Assembly: GCA_000004985.1 (NCBI GenBank)
Contig: GG739095.1
Strand: one strand, 5' to 3'
Source of the DNA: Naegleria gruberi
Taxonomy: Eukaryota
Length of the DNA: 6,720 nt
The notes beneath the pieces are model-generated. The model was not told where the DNA came from and ran no database searches. It was given only the letters and a program-made list of their open reading frames with translations. The translations under genes were made by a program, and so were the position numbers. This document shows, in pieces, positions 1 through 6,521 of the stretch (the first letter of the stretch is position 1; every line of letters begins with the position of its first letter).

Positions 1-5
1 ATTAA

Positions 6-218
6 CATTATTATGGGAAATCTGGATGGTGTAAATCCAATGTTTACATGACCAATAGAGATGATCAAGCTCAAAATCTCCTAAACTATTACAAAATTGA
101 GGAGATCAATAATGAGATTCACATTGTTTCAAATACATATTTGGATGATTGTAGGAATGAACTTTTATCATTATTCTTTAAAGTACTATTTATAATTTTT
201 TGTTATCTTTTAAACTAA
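6..218 (+). CDS. Possible 3'-terminal coding segment of an upstream gene (open frame from the window edge to TAA at 216-218); product unknown
   Basis: Seen in sequence: frame with codon starts divisible by 3 is open for about 70 codons (HYYGKSGWCKSNVYMTNRDDQAQNLLNYYKIEEINNEIHIVSNTYLDDCRNELLSLFFKVLFIIFCYLLN*). This is unusually long for roughly 75% AT DNA, where stop codons are frequent. The last 15 or so codons are encoded by T-rich DNA that could equally be non-coding. No recognisable domain. Confidence 0.2.
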   Translation, partial: HYYGKSGWCKSNVYMTNRDDQAQNLLNYYKIEEINNEIHIVSNTYLDDCRNELLSLFFKVLFIIFCYLLN

Positions 219-485
219 TAATAATTATTTTTATAAAACAATTATGTTAAATTTAATTATAAATGTGCTTCGATAATATTTGTACAATTACAATGAAGTA
301 TTACCTGCAAATAAATCTATCCTGGATTCCATTAAGAATATTTAATTTTTGAATTAACTGATGTATTACTATGTTTAAATTTGTAACAATTTATGCCTTT
401 AAGTTTGCTCACTAACTGAATTATCATTGACCGTAACAGATATTACTAACCTTCTTAATTAAGTTGTATGAAGGAAGGAAGCATT

Positions 486-499
486 GTTGTTATAACAAC
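486..499. repeat. 14-bp perfect palindrome GTTGTTATAACAAC in an otherwise ORF-free intergenic stretch
   Basis: Seen in sequence: the reverse complement of GTTGTTATAACAAC is identical to itself. The flanks do not extend the symmetry. Confidence 0.9.
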
Positions 500-660
500 T
501 ATTAACATTTGCTGATTATTGTATATGGGTTATTAACAAATATACTTAGACTAAGACGGTTACATTATTTTAGTTCTCCAACTGTGTTATATAACCACAA
601 CGCAATAAATGTAGATGAACACTAACATTGAGCAAATAGCTAGGTACAGTAGTTGCTAAT

Positions 661-680
661 ATCATAGAATCATAGAATCC
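661..680. repeat. Short tandem duplication (ATCATAGA ATCATAGA ATCC)
   Basis: Seen in sequence: 'atcatagaatcatagaatcc', an 8-mer repeated twice in tandem. Confidence 0.8.
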
Positions 681-1096
681 TATATTATAAAGTACTACCT
701 CATAGTGTTATAGTAATACATCTCAATATATGTGATAGCGAAAGTATAATTCAACAGAAAATAGTTGTTACGATGTATAACTGATTGATCATCGAACGGT
801 ACAAAGAATACAACAACAATTTAATTGAAAATATATTTATTTTCTGTATTTCCGTATTTGTACAGGAATTCATTGTCATACCTTATTATCTGAAGCACTT
901 CAACATAGTACAGTTTTGCAAAACACATCTCTTTAGAGAAAAAATACATCAGCAAATAAAAGATGATGTTAATTAATATGCGTGTATACGATTTACCATC
1001 TCTTTTAGAAGTGCCACTTTATTATTTGAATCTGATTAGTTTCCCAATTTTTCAAACAAGAGCATTAGTGTATTTCAAGGTCAACCAAAGAAAAAA

Positions 1097-1276
1097 ATGA
1101 ATCCACCACCTTCTCTCTCAACAGATACTTTATTTTTAATTACGGAATATTTACCATATCGTGATGCTCTATCTTGTCACTTAGTTTGCAAAGATTGGTA
1201 CTCTCTAGATACATACGAAATATTCTGGAAGACAATTTATCATCGATACGTCATTTCTAATATTATTGAAAGATGA
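1097..1276 (+). CDS. F-box domain ORF (59 aa), ended by an in-frame TGA; either an F-box-only protein or the intact 5' part of a decaying F-box/LRR paralogue
   Basis: Seen in sequence: ATG in an AAAAAAATGA context, translating to MNPPPSLSTDTLFLITEYLPYRDALSCHLVCKDWYSLDTYEIFWKTIYHRYVISNIIER*. The stretch LP..D.L....LVCK.W matches the F-box consensus and the F-box of the downstream paralogue (LPNDMLIIIFQFLNQQDFIIMSLVCKYWRFV). The six-frame track did not list it because it is under 60 aa. Confidence 0.5.
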   Translation: MNPPPSLSTDTLFLITEYLPYRDALSCHLVCKDWYSLDTYEIFWKTIYHRYVISNIIER

Positions 1277-1524
1277 AAGACTATGAACAATATTCAACTG
1301 AGTGAAATACTCAATGTTTCCGCTGCAGAGAATTTGATTTAATTCCTCTGATTAGTTTCAAAGTTTCACATAAAGGAAAAACTATTTTTAAATTTACAAC
1401 AAAATGTGGTGGATAAAGGATTCAAGTATTTGATGGACTCAAAATGTATTCTTTGGAGGTTTGAAGACTGCTTTTCAACATCATTCAAATGAAATTGTAC
1501 TTAATTTTCTGATACATGTCTTGG
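1277..1524 (+). pseudogene. Coding-like remnants downstream of F-box ORF 1, in the same frame but broken by TGA, TAA, TGA, TGA and TAA stops; runs into the N block
   Basis: Seen in sequence: the same frame as the F-box continues K T M N N I Q L S E I L N V S A A E N L I * F L * LVSKFHIKEKLFLNLQQNVVDKGFKYLMDSKCILWRFEDCFSTSFK * NCT *. The 46-codon open stretch has an LRR-like hydrophobic periodicity (L.L.L..N.V.DKG.KYL). A second frame also has a 37-codon open stretch. Both are longer than expected for AT-rich non-coding DNA. GC is about 30%, unlike the near-100% A/T introns seen elsewhere in this window, so the region is unlikely to be an intron. Confidence 0.25.
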
Positions 1525-2714
1525 NNNNNNNNNNNNNNNNNNNNNNNNNNNNNNNNNNNNNNNNNNNNNNNNNNNNNNNNNNNNNNNNNNNNNNNNNNNN
1601 NNNNNNNNNNNNNNNNNNNNNNNNNNNNNNNNNNNNNNNNNNNNNNNNNNNNNNNNNNNNNNNNNNNNNNNNNNNNNNNNNNNNNNNNNNNNNNNNNNNN
1701 NNNNNNNNNNNNNNNNNNNNNNNNNNNNNNNNNNNNNNNNNNNNNNNNNNNNNNNNNNNNNNNNNNNNNNNNNNNNNNNNNNNNNNNNNNNNNNNNNNNN
1801 NNNNNNNNNNNNNNNNNNNNNNNNNNNNNNNNNNNNNNNNNNNNNNNNNNNNNNNNNNNNNNNNNNNNNNNNNNNNNNNNNNNNNNNNNNNNNNNNNNNN
1901 NNNNNNNNNNNNNNNNNNNNNNNNNNNNNNNNNNNNNNNNNNNNNNNNNNNNNNNNNNNNNNNNNNNNNNNNNNNNNNNNNNNNNNNNNNNNNNNNNNNN
2001 NNNNNNNNNNNNNNNNNNNNNNNNNNNNNNNNNNNNNNNNNNNNNNNNNNNNNNNNNNNNNNNNNNNNNNNNNNNNNNNNNNNNNNNNNNNNNNNNNNNN
2101 NNNNNNNNNNNNNNNNNNNNNNNNNNNNNNNNNNNNNNNNNNNNNNNNNNNNNNNNNNNNNNNNNNNNNNNNNNNNNNNNNNNNNNNNNNNNNNNNNNNN
2201 NNNNNNNNNNNNNNNNNNNNNNNNNNNNNNNNNNNNNNNNNNNNNNNNNNNNNNNNNNNNNNNNNNNNNNNNNNNNNNNNNNNNNNNNNNNNNNNNNNNN
2301 NNNNNNNNNNNNNNNNNNNNNNNNNNNNNNNNNNNNNNNNNNNNNNNNNNNNNNNNNNNNNNNNNNNNNNNNNNNNNNNNNNNNNNNNNNNNNNNNNNNN
2401 NNNNNNNNNNNNNNNNNNNNNNNNNNNNNNNNNNNNNNNNNNNNNNNNNNNNNNNNNNNNNNNNNNNNNNNNNNNNNNNNNNNNNNNNNNNNNNNNNNNN
2501 NNNNNNNNNNNNNNNNNNNNNNNNNNNNNNNNNNNNNNNNNNNNNNNNNNNNNNNNNNNNNNNNNNNNNNNNNNNNNNNNNNNNNNNNNNNNNNNNNNNN
2601 NNNNNNNNNNNNNNNNNNNNNNNNNNNNNNNNNNNNNNNNNNNNNNNNNNNNNNNNNNNNNNNNNNNNNNNNNNNNNNNNNNNNNNNNNNNNNNNNNNNN
2701 NNNNNNNNNNNNNN
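1525..2714. other. Masked or unsequenced block of 1190 N
   Basis: Seen in sequence: a continuous run of N. All ORFs drawn through it in the supplied track are artefacts. Confidence 1.
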
Positions 2715-3020
2715 CATGACTTTTCGGAAATAAATACTAGGATATGTTAAATGTTATATTAATTTACAAACGAGAATTTTCCATTTCTTCATATCTTTAG
2801 AGACCTCTATTGTTTCTTCCTCTGACTTTTTGGATTAAATTCAATAGTTTTGAATATTGCTCTTCTTGATTTTGTTTGTATAATTTTCATTCTATTTCAT
2901 TTGGCTGATTTAATGTCTAAATTCAATTGGTTGCCATGTTTGGAAAATTTTAACGAACGATTCAATGTTTCTTTTTAAAAGGAAATCATATTACTTGATT
3001 CAATTATCAAATCTAAAAAA
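2715..3020 (+). promoter_or_regulatory. 5' flank and probable promoter/5'UTR of the F-box/LRR gene
   Basis: Inference: about 300 bp of T-run-rich, ORF-free sequence ending in AAAAAAATG at 3021. Contains an AATAAA at about 2727-2732 that could alternatively be a poly(A) signal for a plus-strand gene ending inside the preceding gap. Confidence 0.3.
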
Positions 3021-3413
3021 ATGCTTTCTTTTTTTCACAAGGCTTTGACAACAATAACCACCACACACAACAATAACAATACTAATACCAATACTAATAA
3101 TATTAACAATAATACTCATTGTCTTCCCAATGACATGTTAATAATAATATTTCAATTTCTCAATCAACAAGATTTTATTATAATGTCACTTGTTTGTAAA
3201 TATTGGAGATTTGTTGCTCAACAACCATTCCGAAAGGAATTTACAAATTACAAATTATATCCCTCTTATTCAATGATTACTCCAACATTTATTACCAATT
3301 CATTTGAATTTTTTAATTTCTTTTCTTCCATAACATTATTTTTATTTAATACACAGTACCTAAATCAACATTTAAAACTATTTTACTCTCTCAGAAATTA
3401 CAAAGTTTATTTG
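3021..3413 (+). CDS. F-box/LRR protein, N-terminal segment: N/T-rich tract followed by the F-box. The frame closes at TAG 3414-3416, but the true protein most likely leaves this frame between about 3350 and 3413
   Basis: Seen in sequence: ATG in an AAAAAAATG context; MLSFFHKALTTITTTHNNNNTNTNTNNINNNTHCLPNDMLIIIFQFLNQQDFIIMSLVCKYWRFVAQQPFRKEFTNYKLYP... with the F-box core LP.DML..IF.FL...D......VCKYW. The final codons of this frame are Phe-rich and come from T-rich DNA, so they look non-coding. Confidence 0.6.
3069..3116 (+). repeat. AAT/ACT/AAC codon microsatellite encoding a poly-Asn/Thr tract
   Basis: Seen in sequence: aacaataacaatactaataccaatactaataatattaacaataatact, which translates to NNNNTNTNTNNINNNT. 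Such homopolymeric Asn/Thr tracts are typical of dictyostelid proteins. Confidence 0.8.
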
Positions 3414-4111
3414 TAGATTCTTGTTGTTTGGTTAAAAATATAATACCATTCCATTCAATGATAAAAAAACATTCCTCCAATAATATCACTGAATTGGGAT
3501 TAAATTATAAAATGAAAAAGAAAGATTTACGTGCTCTATTTCAAGTACTTCCAAATTTGAAACATTTAAGTTTAGGAATGGGAGCAACAGAATGTTTAAT
3601 TAGTACAGAATCATTTCTTAGTACATGTTGTCATAAATTAGAATCACTCCATTTACAATTATTACCTGAAAATCATAAAAATATTGTAAAATTATTAAAT
3701 GGAATATTTAATCCATCACTTTCAACAACAACAACTATATCCAATCTCATTGATATTAGAATATTTATAATAGAATCTTATTCAATTAATAGAAAATTAT
3801 CTAATTTTACATTTGATTTTTCTTCATTTCCATATTTAAAATATTTATTTCTTGATATTACCTATATTTATACATTAGAATCAATTAGTAATGTATTATT
3901 AAATTCAAATAATATTTCAAAATTAATAGAATTTGGATTTGGAACTGTTAGAAAATCTATTGAAAAATTACATTTTAAAAATAGTGAAAATTTAAAAAAT
4001 TTAAAAAAATTATTTTTAAATAGAACAGAAATGATGACAAATATAGATAATCTTCCTTCATTAGAATTATTATATATAGATGTACATGAAAAAAAACATT
4101 GTTCCACTAAA
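3350..4111 (+). CDS. F-box/LRR protein, leucine-rich-repeat-like body. It is in a different frame from the F-box segment, is partial, and continues into the N block
   Basis: Seen in sequence: this frame is open from 3350 to the gap and reads ...KSTFKTILLSQKLQSLFVDSCCLVKNIIPFHSM...LPNLKHLSLGMGATECLISTESFLSTCCHKLESLHLQLL...FPYLKYLFLDITYIYTLESISNVLLNSNNISKLIEFGFGTV...LKNLKKLFLNRTEMMTNIDNLPSLELLYIDVHEKKHCSTK. It has recurrent L..L.L/LxxLxL motifs. The 'M' at 3428 in the supplied track is a TTG and is not a real start codon. Confidence 0.55.
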
Positions 4112-5391
4112 NNNNNNNNNNNNNNNNNNNNNNNNNNNNNNNNNNNNNNNNNNNNNNNNNNNNNNNNNNNNNNNNNNNNNNNNNNNNNNNNNNNNNNNNN
4201 NNNNNNNNNNNNNNNNNNNNNNNNNNNNNNNNNNNNNNNNNNNNNNNNNNNNNNNNNNNNNNNNNNNNNNNNNNNNNNNNNNNNNNNNNNNNNNNNNNNN
4301 NNNNNNNNNNNNNNNNNNNNNNNNNNNNNNNNNNNNNNNNNNNNNNNNNNNNNNNNNNNNNNNNNNNNNNNNNNNNNNNNNNNNNNNNNNNNNNNNNNNN
4401 NNNNNNNNNNNNNNNNNNNNNNNNNNNNNNNNNNNNNNNNNNNNNNNNNNNNNNNNNNNNNNNNNNNNNNNNNNNNNNNNNNNNNNNNNNNNNNNNNNNN
4501 NNNNNNNNNNNNNNNNNNNNNNNNNNNNNNNNNNNNNNNNNNNNNNNNNNNNNNNNNNNNNNNNNNNNNNNNNNNNNNNNNNNNNNNNNNNNNNNNNNNN
4601 NNNNNNNNNNNNNNNNNNNNNNNNNNNNNNNNNNNNNNNNNNNNNNNNNNNNNNNNNNNNNNNNNNNNNNNNNNNNNNNNNNNNNNNNNNNNNNNNNNNN
4701 NNNNNNNNNNNNNNNNNNNNNNNNNNNNNNNNNNNNNNNNNNNNNNNNNNNNNNNNNNNNNNNNNNNNNNNNNNNNNNNNNNNNNNNNNNNNNNNNNNNN
4801 NNNNNNNNNNNNNNNNNNNNNNNNNNNNNNNNNNNNNNNNNNNNNNNNNNNNNNNNNNNNNNNNNNNNNNNNNNNNNNNNNNNNNNNNNNNNNNNNNNNN
4901 NNNNNNNNNNNNNNNNNNNNNNNNNNNNNNNNNNNNNNNNNNNNNNNNNNNNNNNNNNNNNNNNNNNNNNNNNNNNNNNNNNNNNNNNNNNNNNNNNNNN
5001 NNNNNNNNNNNNNNNNNNNNNNNNNNNNNNNNNNNNNNNNNNNNNNNNNNNNNNNNNNNNNNNNNNNNNNNNNNNNNNNNNNNNNNNNNNNNNNNNNNNN
5101 NNNNNNNNNNNNNNNNNNNNNNNNNNNNNNNNNNNNNNNNNNNNNNNNNNNNNNNNNNNNNNNNNNNNNNNNNNNNNNNNNNNNNNNNNNNNNNNNNNNN
5201 NNNNNNNNNNNNNNNNNNNNNNNNNNNNNNNNNNNNNNNNNNNNNNNNNNNNNNNNNNNNNNNNNNNNNNNNNNNNNNNNNNNNNNNNNNNNNNNNNNNN
5301 NNNNNNNNNNNNNNNNNNNNNNNNNNNNNNNNNNNNNNNNNNNNNNNNNNNNNNNNNNNNNNNNNNNNNNNNNNNNNNNNNNNNNNNNNNN
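4112..5391. other. Masked or unsequenced block of 1280 N, hiding the 3' ends of the convergent F-box/LRR and urocanase genes
   Basis: Seen in sequence: a continuous run of N. Confidence 1.
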
Positions 5392-5701
5392 ATCTGCACC
5401 TGATACATCATGATGATCTCTACTTAATGCAATTGATCCACTAATTTTACCTTCTCTAATTGCCTTATTAAATGCTAAGGCTATTTCAACTCTACCTTCT
5501 ATATCTGAATATAATATTCTTGCTTGTGATCCAACTACTAACTTATTTTCCATTGCTTGTACTATCCATTTATAATTATCTTGATATTGTAAATGTGATT
5601 TTTCACCAAGTGATGGATTTTTCATTAATCTTTCAATCACTTGAGCTGCTATTTTATCTGTTTCTTCTAAATCTTTTTCATTACCAGATAAACATACCCA
5701 T
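5392..5701 (-). CDS. uroc1: Urocanate hydratase (urocanase), internal exon; 3' part continues into the N block
   Basis: Seen in sequence, minus strand: (R)WVCLSGNEKDLEETDKIAAQVIERLMKNPSLGEKSHLQYQDNYKWIVQAMENKLVVGSQARILYSDIEGRVEIALAFNKAIREGKISGSIALSRDHHDVSGAD. From established knowledge, this matches conserved urocanase blocks (GFGPFRW-VC.SG, VVGSQARI, SRDHHD.SG.DSP). An acceptor AG (plus-strand 5702-5703) immediately precedes the exon. Confidence 0.85.
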
Positions 5702-5831
5702 CTTTTTTTTAAATTAATAAAATAAATTAATAAAATTAAATTAATAAAATATTAAAATATTAAAATAAATTAAATTAATAAAATAAATTGATAAAATTAA
5801 AATTAAAAAAAATAAAAAAAATAAAACAAAC
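5702..5831 (-). other. uroc1: Spliceosomal intron of the urocanase gene (130 nt, about 97% A+T, GTTTGT...AG on the minus strand)
   Basis: Seen in sequence: the upstream exon ends ..GGT CCT TTT AG|GTTTGT and the downstream exon resumes |A TGG GTA TGT. Splicing rebuilds the conserved FGPFRWVC motif in frame (phase 2). The interior is A/T-only with TAAATTAATAAAA-like repeats. Confidence 0.8.
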
Positions 5832-6420
5832 CTAAAAGGACCAAAACCCAATGAAAATATATCACCCATAATATCTTGTACATAGGAAGGATATTTAAAA
5901 TTACCATCTTGATTACAAATATCAGCACCTGCTCTATTAGCTTCATATAAAAAACAATTACCATAATCCCAAAATTTCATTCCCTTTTCAACTAATTTGT
6001 TAATAGCATTAACTTGTCTTTTTAAACTTTCTGATACTTTTAATTTAAATTCATTTGGATTATCTTTCATTAATTGATTTGATTCTTCAAATGTTAAACC
6101 AACTGGATAATATCCACCTTGATATGGATTATGAAGTGATGTTTGATCACTTCCTAATTCAACAAGTAATTCATCTTCATTAGCTAATCTTTCCCATAAT
6201 TCAACTATATTTCCTAAATATCCAATTGATGTTACTTGTTTTAATAAACGTGCTTGTTTAATTCTTTCAATACATTTTTCTAAATCATTACCAACACTTT
6301 CTAATAACCATCCTTGTTCATATCTCTTTTTTAATGCTAATTCATTCACTTCTGCTACTACTGTTATACATCCACTAATCACTCCTGCTTTAGGTTGTGC
6401 TCCTGACATTCCACCAAGTC
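5832..6420 (-). CDS. uroc1: Urocanate hydratase (urocanase), central exon containing the NAD-binding GLGGMSGAQ loop
   Basis: Seen in sequence, minus strand: GLGGMSGAQPKAGVISGCITVVAEVNELALKKRYEQGWLLESVGNDLEKCIERIKQARLLKQVTSIGYLGNIVELWERLANEDELLVELGSDQTSLHNPYQGGYYPVGLTFEESNQLMKDNPNEFKLKVSESLKRQVNAINKLVEKGMKFWDYGNCFLYEANRAGADICNQDGNFKYPSYVQDIMGDIFSLGFGPF(R). From established knowledge, these are hallmark urocanase blocks (GLGGM[SG]GAQ, LGSDQTS.H.P, DYGN, FGPFRW). The exon is 578 nt, phase 2 at the donor, and is flanked by an acceptor AG (plus-strand 6421-6422). Confidence 0.9.
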
Positions 6421-6521
6421 CTTTTTATTTTTTTAAATTTAAAAATATTAAAATAAATTAAAAATATTAAAATAAATAAAAATATAATTAAAAAAATTAA
6501 AAAAAATAAAAAAAAACCTAC
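6421..6521 (-). other. uroc1: Spliceosomal intron of the urocanase gene (about 101 nt, A/T-only interior, GTAGGT...AG on the minus strand). The exon phase is inconsistent as assembled
   Basis: Seen in sequence: minus strand reads ...TAC ATC TG|GTAGGTTTTTTTTTATTTT...AAATAAAAAG|GA CTT GGT GGA ATG. The donor and acceptor are the only GT/AG candidates bounding the A/T-only block. With the sequence as given the junction is out of frame (see findings). Confidence 0.65.

Noticed and set aside
780-800. tRNA-like T-loop motif (minus-strand ccGTTCGATGatc)
   Set aside because: The flanking bases cannot form a T-stem or acceptor stem, and no D-loop or anticodon arm is present. It is not a tRNA.
785-976. 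63-aa ORF in the supplied track (MIIERYKEYNNNLIENIFIFCISVFVQEF...)
   Set aside because: Begins at TTG rather than ATG. It has an Ile/Phe-rich low-complexity translation typical of A/T-rich non-coding DNA, no domain and no start context. It is most likely spurious.
3356-3394. Candidate mini-intron GTACCT...CTCTCAG between the F-box and LRR frames
   Set aside because: At 39 nt it is far shorter than the roughly 100-130-nt introns seen here. It is not A/T-pure. Its length is a multiple of 3, so removing it would not change the frame.
3428-3430. Start codon 'M' reported at 3428 for the LRR ORF
   Set aside because: The codon is TTG, and the frame is already open from 3350. It is not a genuine initiation codon in a eukaryote. 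The real start is the ATG at 3021 upstream of the F-box.
3868-4111. Minus-strand tail of the 3868-5640 ORF (…LVEQCFFSCTSIYNNSNEGRLSIFVIISVLF…)
   Set aside because: It is antisense to the coherent plus-strand LRR-like coding frame and is joined to urocanase only through N. It is not a real exon.
1461-5640. Long ORFs in the track that run through X or N (1461-2750, 1485-2717, 1516-2733, 4080-5444, 4107-5411, and the 3868-5640 minus-strand ORF beyond 5392)
   Set aside because: These are artefacts of translating masked N as an open frame. Only the flanking real bases were used, and those were re-interpreted as the F-box/LRR and urocanase genes.
5472-5717. 81-aa plus-strand ORF (MLRLFQLYLLYLNIIFLLV...)
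   Set aside because: It lies antisense to the conserved urocanase exon, and the translation is low-complexity and Leu/Phe-rich. It is a shadow ORF.
5865-5871. CCCATAA, which resembles the dictyostelid DUSE upstream element of ncRNA genes
   Set aside because: It lies inside a conserved urocanase coding exon with no downstream ncRNA-like sequence. It is a coincidental heptamer.
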